NCBI GenBank assembly: GCA_964634935.1 | Contig: CAZWJT010000005.1 | Location: 137,128 to 184,768, forward strand | From: an uncultured Planctomycetia bacterium | GTDB taxonomy: Bacteria; Omnitrophota; Gorgyraeia; Duberdicusellales; Duberdicusellaceae | Reading direction: 5' to 3' | Length of the DNA: 47,641 bases | Shown: positions 10,094-18,486 of the stretch, piece after piece | How positions within the stretch are numbered: position 1 is the first letter of the stretch | How the letters are laid out: every line of letters begins with the position of its first letter | Position numbers and translations under genes: made by a program | The notes under the pieces: generated by a model | The model's database searches: none | The model's input: only the letters and a program-made list of their open reading frames with translations | Told to the model about the DNA's origin: nothing

Positions 10094-11144
10094 GGTTGGT
10101 CCTGAAAAACTCCTGAAGTTTTTTAAAATGCGCAAAGGCTTTGCCGCTTTCAAGATAAAACCTTCCGAGTCGAACCCCCTCACGAAAATTCCTGACCTTT
10201 CCGAGAAGCATATAGGCGGCTGAGGCGTTGGCTAAGACGACATCTGTCCGGGGTCCTACTGACCCAGAAAGCACTTCTTGAATAATCCGGGCATTGTAAG
10301 CCGGATCTCCCCCGGCAAGTGCCTGAGTCAACTTAAGTCTACGCAATCCGAAGTCAGCGGGCTTAAGATAAAATGTGCGTATTTTTGAATTCTTCACCTC
10401 GGTTATTTTGGTAGGACCTGAAAGGCCAATTTCGTCACCGACGACGCCCGACCAAACTACATATGCCCGTTTCGTCCCAACCCGCGCAAGTACGCGCGCC
10501 ACTATTTCAGTCAAAGAAGAATCATAGACACCGAGCAATTGATAGGCGGCGGAGAAAGGATTGGTAAGGGGTCCGGCAAGATTAAAGATTGTTTTGATGG
10601 CGATTTCTTTTCTCACGAGAGCGGCTGAACGCATCGCAGTATGATATAGGGGAGCGAATAAAAAACTGATATTGTAAGAACGCATACATTCATGGATGAT
10701 GCTTTCCGGCGGATCAATCCGAAACCCAAGAGCCTCCCAAACATCGGCGCTCCCGCAAAGACCGGTTGCCGAACGATTGCCGTGTTTTGCTACTTTGATT
10801 CCACTTGCCGCAAGAAGAAGTGCGACACAAGTTGAAATATTGAATGTTTTAAAAACAGTTCCCCCTGTTCCACAGGTATCGAGAAAATCTTGGCTCGGAG
10901 CAATTTCCTGAAAAAGCGTGTCGGAAGATTTCGATGTTATCCTTTCACACTTCCTGCGCATCACCCGGACGAGAGCTTCCAGTTCTTGAGCGGTTTCTCC
11001 TTTCACCGCCAAACCCATGACGATTGCTGAAATTTGAGCCGGGCTTAACTTACCATCCATAATATCCTGAAAAACACCCTCAGCTTGATGCAAACTGAGG
11101 TTTTTCTTTTGAATGAACGTCTGAAGTATTGGCGCGATTTCCAT
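10086..11144 (-). CDS. trpD: Anthranilate phosphoribosyltransferase
   Basis: DTCGTGG, FNIST, KHGNRS, GSADV and TIFNLAGPLTNP. Confidence 0.96.
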   Translation of the reverse strand: MEIAPILQTFIQKKNLSLHQAEGVFQDIMDGKLSPAQISAIVMGLAVKGETAQELEALVRVMRRKCERITSKSSDTLFQEIAPSQDFLDTCGTGGTVFKTFNISTCVALLLAASGIKVAKHGNRSATGLCGSADVWEALGFRIDPPESIIHECMRSYNISFLFAPLYHTAMRSAALVRKEIAIKTIFNLAGPLTNPFSAAYQLLGVYDSSLTEIVARVLARVGTKRAYVVWSGVVGDEIGLSGPTKITEVKNSKIRTFYLKPADFGLRRLKLTQALAGGDPAYNARIIQEVLSGSVGPRTDVVLANASAAYMLLGKVRNFREGVRLGRFYLESGKAFAHFKKLQEFFRTNHA

Positions 11145-11741
11145 TTAAAGCTTTAGAAAATTAAGTAAAATTTTTTTTCCTTCTCCGGTAAGAATCGACT
11201 CGGGATGATATTGCACTCCAAAACAAGGAAAGCCTTTCAGATGCACTCCCATAATCTCCCCATCCCGGGTGGAAGCATTAACGGTAAAACACTCGGGAAG
11301 TGTTTTTTGTTCGGCTATCAATGAATGATACCGTGTTGCTGAAAAAGGGTTCTTGATACCCGAATAAATAAACCGTCCATCATGATATATCTGAGAAACC
11401 TTCCCATGCATAATCTTCTCAGCCCGGCGGACAACGCCTCCAAAAACAGTAACAATTGCCTGGTGGCCCAAACATACTCCCAAGAGCGGAAATGTTCGAT
11501 GAAACTCCTGGATCACCTGCAAAGAAATTCCCGAATCAGCAGGCACCCCAGGACCGGGCGAAATAATTATTTTCTTAAGACGAGAGAGTGCGCGTATTTC
11601 TTCGGTTGTAATTTGGTCATTCCGGACTACCAAAGTTTCATACCCTAATTCTTCCAAATACTGGTAGAGATTGTAGGTAAAAGAATCGTAATTATCAATT
11701 AACAGAATCTCTTTGCTGAGATTATTTTTTCCGTAGGACAT
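11145..11741 (-). CDS. trpG: Anthranilate synthase component II (glutamine amidotransferase, TrpG/PabA)
   Basis: IDNYDSFTYNL, ISPGPG, LGVCLGHQ, MHGK, TRYHSL and QYHPES. Confidence 0.95.
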   Translation of the reverse strand: MSYGKNNLSKEILLIDNYDSFTYNLYQYLEELGYETLVVRNDQITTEEIRALSRLKKIIISPGPGVPADSGISLQVIQEFHRTFPLLGVCLGHQAIVTVFGGVVRRAEKIMHGKVSQIYHDGRFIYSGIKNPFSATRYHSLIAEQKTLPECFTVNASTRDGEIMGVHLKGFPCFGVQYHPESILTGEGKKILLNFLKL

Positions 11742-12981
11742 CGGCTCCTAATTGGACTAACTTTTCGTCGATATTCTCGTATCCTCTATCCAGATGATAA
11801 ATCCTATGAATTGTGGTCTTTCCTTTTGCGGCAAGCGCCGCGGCGATAAGCGCCGCCGAAGCTCTCAGATCGGAAGCCATAACTTCAGCCCCCTGGAAAG
11901 AACGGTTACCTTCAATTACGGCAACCGAACCGTAACGCATAATATTCGCGCCCATACGGTTTAATTCCGCAATATGCATAAAACGATCGGGATATACTTT
12001 TTCGGTAATGACCGAAATGCCCTGAGCATGACATAAAAGGCTCATGCATTGAGCCTGCAAATCGGTAGGGAATCCCGGAAACGGCAAGGTCGAGATATTC
12101 ACCGGGGAGATTGCCCGGAGAGACTTTACTTGTAACATATTCTTCTTCATCTCGATATCCTGCCCCATATTTTTCAAAGCATCAATTACTGCCATAAGAT
12201 GACTCCGGTGAACATTGCGTATCATAATCGGGCTCTGGGTGATTAACGAAAAGAACAAAAATGTTCCTGCTTCTATCCGATCGGGAATTACCGTATATTC
12301 AACGCCATGCAGCCTGCGTACCGGCTGGATAATAATCCGGGGGGTTCCTTCGCCCTGAATATTTGCTCCCATTGCCTTCAAGAAATTTGCTAAATCAACC
12401 ACTTCGGGTTCACAAGCAGCAAAATCAATCTCCGTACGCTCGCGGGCAAAAACTGCCGCCATCATTACATTTGCAGTAGCCAGGACCGAAGAACCAAAAT
12501 GTCCTCCTAAAAATACCTCGCCCCCCTGAAAATCTTGAGTTTGAGCATAACAATATCCACCCTTGACTTTAATCTTTGCCCCTAAAGCCTCTAATCCCTT
12601 CAGATGCAAATCGACCGGACGCACCCCGATCACACAACCACCAGGAAGAGAAACTTTTGCCTTTTTTCGTTGAGCCAATAGTGGCCCCAAAACACAGAAC
12701 GAGGCGCGCATAGTACGAACAAGCTTATATGGGGCAGAAAAAGGTTCGGAACTTTTGTGCTTGACAACGAGAGTATTCCCTTCAAAAACAACATCCTTTC
12801 CTAAAACATTGAGGATTTTGCACATTGTCATAATATCGCTTAATCGCGGAATGTTCTTTAGCACACAGTCCTCTTCTGTAAGAAGCGTTGCGGCCATAAT
12901 CGGAAGTGCGGCATTCTTTGAGCCGCTGATAGAAACTTCTCCTTTTAGCTTCTTCTCGCCGTATACAATGAGCTTATCCAT
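11722..12981 (-). CDS. murA: UDP-N-acetylglucosamine 1-carboxyvinyltransferase
   Basis: SGSKNAALP, MRAS, LPGGCVIGVRPVDLH (catalytic Cys), PDRIEAGT, PGFPTDLQ, DLRASA and HLDRGYE. Confidence 0.97.
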   Translation of the reverse strand: MDKLIVYGEKKLKGEVSISGSKNAALPIMAATLLTEEDCVLKNIPRLSDIMTMCKILNVLGKDVVFEGNTLVVKHKSSEPFSAPYKLVRTMRASFCVLGPLLAQRKKAKVSLPGGCVIGVRPVDLHLKGLEALGAKIKVKGGYCYAQTQDFQGGEVFLGGHFGSSVLATANVMMAAVFARERTEIDFAACEPEVVDLANFLKAMGANIQGEGTPRIIIQPVRRLHGVEYTVIPDRIEAGTFLFFSLITQSPIMIRNVHRSHLMAVIDALKNMGQDIEMKKNMLQVKSLRAISPVNISTLPFPGFPTDLQAQCMSLLCHAQGISVITEKVYPDRFMHIAELNRMGANIMRYGSVAVIEGNRSFQGAEVMASDLRASAALIAAALAAKGKTTIHRIYHLDRGYENIDEKLVQLGADVLRKK

Positions 12982-13807
12982 GTGAGCTCAACGCAATCTT
13001 CCTCAATCCTAATATTCTCGTGATTCCCGCATAATCTTTTTTTGCATACTCCAACCGGAAACATTCTGTTTTCTTGATTATTTCGGTAATGGCCGAAACC
13101 TGACTTATCCCAATCTCAAAAAACAGCATCCCATTGTTTCTTAAAAAGACACCCGCGCACTGAAGGATTTTTCGGATAATACTAAGCCCATCCTTGCCGC
13201 CGGAAAGCGCAAGGCGCGGCTCATAGGAAAGACTCGACTCATGCTGCAACAGATGATCCGGAACGTAGGGGGGATTGGAAACAATCATGTCAAAAACTCC
13301 CGGACGGAATGCGGAAAATAAATCTGCACAGACAAAATTTAAGTTGGAAATCCGGTGTTTCATGCGATTCGTTGCGGCAACCATAAAAACTTGCGCAGAT
13401 ATATCAGAAGCAAAAATCTGAGCTTCCGGAAGCATTCTTGCCAGGCTAATTCCAATCACCCCGGACCCGGTACCAAGATCAAGAATGGAACAGGCCTGAA
13501 GAGCACGCGCATGATGATAAACGCTCTCGACAAGCAGTTCGGTTTCGGGACGCGGGATCAATACCTGGGGACTCACGGTAAAATCGTAACCGAGAAACGA
13601 ACTTTCACCAACAACATAATCGAACGGAATCCCGCGGACAATATCAGTGAATTGAGCGACAAGATCTGGATAAGCATCCAGAGACAGTGTATCAGCAAGC
13701 GGATGCAATAAAATATCGGTTAACGAAAAACCCGTCGCGCGTTCAACCAAGAATTTCTTCTCAGCGAATGAAATTTTCTCGCTCTGTATAATATCGCGAA
13801 CAATCAT
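12974..13807 (-). CDS. prmC: Release factor glutamine methyltransferase
   Basis: VLIPRPETE, LDLGTGSG, VSNPPY and EPRLALSGG; directly follows prfA. Confidence 0.95.
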   Translation of the reverse strand: MIVRDIIQSEKISFAEKKFLVERATGFSLTDILLHPLADTLSLDAYPDLVAQFTDIVRGIPFDYVVGESSFLGYDFTVSPQVLIPRPETELLVESVYHHARALQACSILDLGTGSGVIGISLARMLPEAQIFASDISAQVFMVAATNRMKHRISNLNFVCADLFSAFRPGVFDMIVSNPPYVPDHLLQHESSLSYEPRLALSGGKDGLSIIRKILQCAGVFLRNNGMLFFEIGISQVSAITEIIKKTECFRLEYAKKDYAGITRILGLRKIALSSHG

Positions 13808-14859
13808 ATCTTCTTTTTCCGGGTGGCAATGATCAGGGGTTTAATGACAAGGTCCAGATCGCCGTTTAAAAATTCTTCAAGCCGATAGATAGTAATGCTG
13901 CCTCTGTGATCTGTAACCCGCCTTTGAGGAAAATTGTAGGTTCTTATTTTTTCGCTCCTCTCGCCGCCGCCAACTTGGATACGCCGTTCGGAAGAAATCA
14001 TATTTTCTTGCCGCTGGGCTTGTTCTTCCATAATTTTCGCTCTCAACACTCTCATCGCTTTCTCTTTATTTCTTCCCTGTGAACGCTCATCCTGGCACAC
14101 TACGACAAATCCGGTGGGAAGATGCGTAATACGCACCGCGGAATCGGTCTTATTCACATGCTGACCGCCAGCCCCTCCTGCTCGGAACGTATCGATTTTT
14201 AAATCTTTCGGGTCAATATTCAGTTCGATCTCCTCAGGTTCTTTCAAAACTGCAACCGTTACCGTAGAAGTATGAATTCTTCCGCCAGCCTCTGTTTCCG
14301 GAACACGCTGAACGCGATGAACTCCGCTTTCAAATTTAAAATGCGCGTAAGCACCGTCGCCCTTCACCGCAAAAACAACCTCTTTGATACCTCCAAGTTC
14401 AATATCATGGGTGGTAAGCACCTCGACTTTCCAGCCCTTTGATTCGGCGTATTTTGTATACATCCGCAGCAGTTCCGCGGCAAAAAGCCCTGATTCTTTT
14501 CCTCCGGCAGCCTGACGAATCTCGACGATCACTCCCCGGCTTGGCTCCGTATCTTCTTCATATAACTTTTCCTCAATGCCCTCTTCGATTCTCTGCATGC
14601 GCAAAGTAATTTCTTCTAATTCCTCGGCCGCAACTTTTAAGATTTGTTCGTCGGACGACTCCTTCAGCAACACCTCTACCTCGGTTTTCTGTTTCTCAAG
14701 CTTCCGATAATTAGAGATCGCGAACACCAGGCTTTCGAGCATAGAGAATTTTCTGACGCTTTCGGTATATTTCTTCATATCTGCCATCGCGTCGCCGCAA
14801 GCCAAGAATGATTCGAGAGTATGGTATTGGTATTCTATTTTCTCAAAATCCTCACGCAT
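13804..14859 (-). CDS. prfA: Peptide chain release factor 1
   Basis: GGQ motif ([17 protein letters not shown]), PET specificity motif (RVPETE) and KIRTYNFPQ. Confidence 0.97.
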   Translation of the reverse strand: MREDFEKIEYQYHTLESFLACGDAMADMKKYTESVRKFSMLESLVFAISNYRKLEKQKTEVEVLLKESSDEQILKVAAEELEEITLRMQRIEEGIEEKLYEEDTEPSRGVIVEIRQAAGGKESGLFAAELLRMYTKYAESKGWKVEVLTTHDIELGGIKEVVFAVKGDGAYAHFKFESGVHRVQRVPETEAGGRIHTSTVTVAVLKEPEEIELNIDPKDLKIDTFRAGGAGGQHVNKTDSAVRITHLPTGFVVVCQDERSQGRNKEKAMRVLRAKIMEEQAQRQENMISSERRIQVGGGERSEKIRTYNFPQRRVTDHRGSITIYRLEEFLNGDLDLVIKPLIIATRKKKI

Positions 14860-15055
14860 TTTTTCCCTTGTATTTCTTTACAAATTTATCGACGCGTTTC
14901 TCCGAATCGACGTATTTCTGTTTTCCAGTGAAAAATGGATGACACTTCGAACAAATCTCCACGTTGATGCTGGCCTTCGTCGAGCGGGTGTGGATTACGT
15001 TTCCACACGCGCACATAATGGTTGCTTCTGCATACTTGGGGTGTATCTTCTTCAT
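14852..15055 (-). CDS. rpmE: 50S ribosomal protein L31 (zinc-binding type)
   Basis: [25 protein letters not shown]; AAGGAGG SD 4 nt upstream. Confidence 0.97.
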   Translation of the reverse strand: MKKIHPKYAEATIMCACGNVIHTRSTKASINVEICSKCHPFFTGKQKYVDSEKRVDKFVKKYKGKNA

Positions 15056-15085
15056 AAAACCTCCTTAGATCAATTTTTGAGTACT

Positions 15086-15094
15086 ATTATACCA
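15086..15094 (-). promoter_or_regulatory. Putative extended -10 promoter (TGGTATAAT) for rpmE-prfA-prmC-murA and probably the trp genes
   Basis: Perfect TGnTATAAT on the minus strand about 30 nt upstream of the rpmE ATG; no clear -35. Confidence 0.6.
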
Positions 15095-15177
15095 CTTTTC
15101 CTTGAAAACACGCTGTTTTTCGCCGACTCCTTAAAGGCATTTCCTCATGGCTAACCCAGGAAAAACATACGCCGGCT

Positions 15178-16425
15178 TTATTGATTCATACTCAGCAAGA
15201 ATTCTGGATTGCTGGAAGTCCGTGACATTCGCGCGCAGAGAAGCTCAATGGCTTCAGCGGAATTTAAATCATTCAATACTTTCCTCAGCATCCAAATCTT
15301 CTGCAGCTCGTCAGGATGCACCAGCAATTCCTCGCGTCGGGTGTTGGAGCGTTTAATATCGATGGCAGGATAGATCCGCCGCTGGAAAATATTGCGGTCC
15401 AAAGTAATCTCCATATTTCCTGTACCCTTAAACTCCTCAAAAATAACATCATCCATTCGAGACCCAGTGTCAATCAATGCCGTTGCGATAATAGTCAGAG
15501 AGCCTCCTTCTTCGATAGCTCTGGCGGCTCCCAAAAATCTTTTTGGTTTGTGGAGCGCATTCGAATCAAGACCTCCTGAAAGAATTCTTCCAGAATGCGG
15601 TTCAACAATATTGTAAGCCCGGGCAAGACGCGTAATACTGTCGAGAAGGATGACAACATCTTTTTTGTATTCTACGAGACGCTTCGCCTTCTCGATTACC
15701 ACTTCGGCAACTTGAATATGGCGTTCAGCCGGCTCGTCAAAGGTAGAACTAATCACCTCGCCTTGAACGATGCGCTTCATCTCCGTCACTTCTTCTGGAC
15801 GCTCGTCAATCAAAAGAACGATCAAAATAACATCGGGAAAATTAGCGGTAATTGCGTTAGCAATCTTCTGGAGAAGAACTGTCTTACCGCTATAGGGCGG
15901 CGCCACGATTAATCCTCTCTGTCCTTTACCGATCGGAGCGATAAGATCAAGCATTCTCGTTGATAGCTCTCCTGGAGTTGTTTCCAAAAGAAACCTGTCT
16001 TTTGGATAAATCGGCGTAAGATTATCAAATAAAACGCGAGTTTTTACCGCTTCTGGGTCTTCGAAATTAACTGCTTCAACCTTAAGCAGGGCAAAGTATT
16101 TTTCATTATCCTTCGGGGGGCGAATCTGGCCACTTACCGTATCGCCGGTTTTCAAAGAAAATTTCCTGATCTGAGATGGCGACACATAGATATCGTCAGG
16201 CGAAGGTAAATAATTGTAGTTGCTGGATCGTAAAAACCCAAAACCTTCTGATAGAATCTCGAGTACTCCGATGCCGAACATAAATCCTTCTTTTTCTGCT
16301 CTGGCCTGCAAGATCTTAAAGATTAAATCTTGTTTCTTGAGGCCACTTACCCCATTCAGAGACAATTCTTTGGCAATTTTCGCCAATTCCGAAATTTTCA
16401 TCTCCTTTAACGTTCCGATATCCAT
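15178..16425 (-). CDS. rho: Transcription termination factor Rho
   Basis: [55 protein letters not shown] and [11 protein letters not shown]; AAGGAGG SD. Confidence 0.98.
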   Translation of the reverse strand: MDIGTLKEMKISELAKIAKELSLNGVSGLKKQDLIFKILQARAEKEGFMFGIGVLEILSEGFGFLRSSNYNYLPSPDDIYVSPSQIRKFSLKTGDTVSGQIRPPKDNEKYFALLKVEAVNFEDPEAVKTRVLFDNLTPIYPKDRFLLETTPGELSTRMLDLIAPIGKGQRGLIVAPPYSGKTVLLQKIANAITANFPDVILIVLLIDERPEEVTEMKRIVQGEVISSTFDEPAERHIQVAEVVIEKAKRLVEYKKDVVILLDSITRLARAYNIVEPHSGRILSGGLDSNALHKPKRFLGAARAIEEGGSLTIIATALIDTGSRMDDVIFEEFKGTGNMEITLDRNIFQRRIYPAIDIKRSNTRREELLVHPDELQKIWMLRKVLNDLNSAEAIELLCARMSRTSSNPEFLLSMNQ

Positions 16426-16474
16426 TCATTTCCTCCTTATTTCGATCTGTTTGTTATAACGGTTTTTTAACTTT

Positions 16475-17077
16475 TTACTCTCTGCCTTTTTCTAAAAACC
16501 TAAGAACGCGAGCAACCTCTCGTCTCAGATGTTGTTTGGTGGATACATTCATTATACAGCAATCAGCCCAGAGGCGTTTTTTCTTAAGCGGTATCTGATT
16601 TTTCAGGATAATTCTTATCTGTTTATCTGATAACTTCCGAAAAATACGGGCACGCTGACGCTGCAAAGCTACAGAAGTATACACAACGATTACTTTTCCA
16701 AAAAAACCAGAAAGACCTGCTTCATACAGTAAAGGCATCTCAATAAATAAAATCCTGTTCCGGTGTTGCGTACGGGAAATTATTTTTTTGAGGTTCTTCC
16801 AGATTTGCGGCCAGGTGATATCGCTGAGTTTTCCAAGATATTCCTGACTCTGGAATGCTGTCCGAGCAAGTTTTTTCCGGTCAATTGCGCCATTGCGCAA
16901 CATATCATTTCCAAAGAACTTGCAAATCTTTCTCTGTAAAACACGATTTTCAGAGAGAAGTCTGTGGTACAAAGAATCCGCGCTGTATACCGAGTAATTC
17001 TTTCTTTCCAAAAATGCAGCTACGGAACTTTTCCCGCTGCATAAACCGCCAGTAATCGCGACGACCATCTGACGCAA
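16475..17077 (-). CDS. coaE: Dephospho-CoA kinase
   Basis: AITGGLCSGKS P-loop, IDRKKLA and EMPLLYE. Start is TTG 17077 or ATG 17068. Confidence 0.93.
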   Translation of the reverse strand: MRQMVVAITGGLCSGKSSVAAFLERKNYSVYSADSLYHRLLSENRVLQRKICKFFGNDMLRNGAIDRKKLARTAFQSQEYLGKLSDITWPQIWKNLKKIISRTQHRNRILFIEMPLLYEAGLSGFFGKVIVVYTSVALQRQRARIFRKLSDKQIRIILKNQIPLKKKRLWADCCIMNVSTKQHLRREVARVLRFLEKGRE

Positions 17078-18454
17078 TTATGCTTTTTTATACATCTCCA
17101 AGTAACTCTCGGTTGTTTCTTCCCAGGAAAATCTCAAATCGGTTACCCGAGTAAGTACTTTTTGCCAAGATTGCTTATCAGCAAATACTGCTTCGATACG
17201 ATGCAAAGCTGAAAGAATCGAAGCGCTTGAATATGCATCAAGCACAAATCCATTGCCTTTCTTTGCATTCTTGTTGTAATCAATTACCGTGTCGGCAAGC
17301 CCTCCGGTAGCGTTCACAAGCGGTAAGGTTGCATAACGAAAACTGATCATTTGCGAAAGCCCGCAAGGCTCAAATTTTGACGGCATCAGAAAAACATCGG
17401 AAGCCGCATAGATTTTGTGCGCAATTCCTTCGTCGAATTTGAGGTGCAGCGCAAACCTCCGGGGATATCGCTGAACAAGCAGCGCTAATGATTCCTGGTG
17501 TTTTTTCTCACCCAACCCCAAAATAGTTACCTGGTGTTTTTCGAGAATTTTTGGAAGCGCTTCTGCCAAAATATCCAAACCCTTCTGATCTGATAAACGT
17601 GAAACCATTCCCAAAAGCAGCGTATCAGCACGTTCCTCAAGTTTCATCTCACGCTGATAGCGCACTTTATTTTCCAGCTTTTTCTCAAGGCAATCCTTGC
17701 TGTAACAAGTGTAAAGCAACTTATCGTCCGCCGGAGACCATACATCATAATCGATCGCGTTGAGAATACCGCTGATTTTACTCTTATATTTTTTAAGTAC
17801 GTCTTCGATACCGCAACCAAATTCTTTAGTCTGAATCTCTTTGCTGTACGTAGGGCTTACCGTATTAATCCTGTCGGCATAAACAACCCCTCCCTTGAGA
17901 AGATTCAATTGGTTATACATCACAAGCGGCTCAAGCGCTTCTTGAGGAAGGTTTAAACTGGAGAATTTATTTTGCGGGAAATACCCCTGGAAAGCAAGAT
18001 TATGGATTGTAAATACCGCTTTCGTTTTCTTAAAAAACGTATCCTTCCCATATAGAGTTTTCAGATAAACAATCACCAAGGCAGTTTGCCAATCATTACA
18101 ATGAACTATTCCCGGATTGAACTTCAGAGCTTTCATGAGCTCCAATGCCTTATGTGAAAAAAAACTAAAACGCTCTAAGTTATCCGGATAGTCACCTTCC
18201 GGAGTATTATACAGATAATCTCGGGAAAAGTATTCATCCTGGCGAATAAAAACAACTTCGATGTTCTTGCCGATAGTCGAAGTACCGTATTCTTTATGGG
18301 TTTTCTGAGGTTTTATGTTTTTGTACCAAGGCATGAATATTTTTACAGTGAGCCCTTTCTGCTCGAGAGCAAGGGGCAAAGCCCCTGCCACATCAGCAAG
18401 TCCGCCGGTTTTCGCAAAAGGAAATACCTCAGATGAAAAAAACGCAACATTCAT
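17078..18454 (-). CDS. glgA: Glycogen synthase (ADP-glucose, GT5)
   Basis: SEVFPFAKTGGLADV (KxGG), HCNDWQT, TIHNLAFQG, VSPTYSKEI and MPSKFEPCGL. Start ATG 18454 with GGGAGG SD (ORF track 18481). Confidence 0.95.
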   Translation of the reverse strand: MNVAFFSSEVFPFAKTGGLADVAGALPLALEQKGLTVKIFMPWYKNIKPQKTHKEYGTSTIGKNIEVVFIRQDEYFSRDYLYNTPEGDYPDNLERFSFFSHKALELMKALKFNPGIVHCNDWQTALVIVYLKTLYGKDTFFKKTKAVFTIHNLAFQGYFPQNKFSSLNLPQEALEPLVMYNQLNLLKGGVVYADRINTVSPTYSKEIQTKEFGCGIEDVLKKYKSKISGILNAIDYDVWSPADDKLLYTCYSKDCLEKKLENKVRYQREMKLEERADTLLLGMVSRLSDQKGLDILAEALPKILEKHQVTILGLGEKKHQESLALLVQRYPRRFALHLKFDEGIAHKIYAASDVFLMPSKFEPCGLSQMISFRYATLPLVNATGGLADTVIDYNKNAKKGNGFVLDAYSSASILSALHRIEAVFADKQSWQKVLTRVTDLRFSWEETTESYLEMYKKA

Positions 18455-18486
18455 TGTACTGCCTCCCGTTTTACCACCCATAAACC

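Noticed and set aside
11742-12981. Trp attenuator, leader peptide or T-box upstream of trpG
   Set aside because: trpG overlaps the murA coding end, so there is no intergenic leader, and I saw no tandem-Trp leader ORF.
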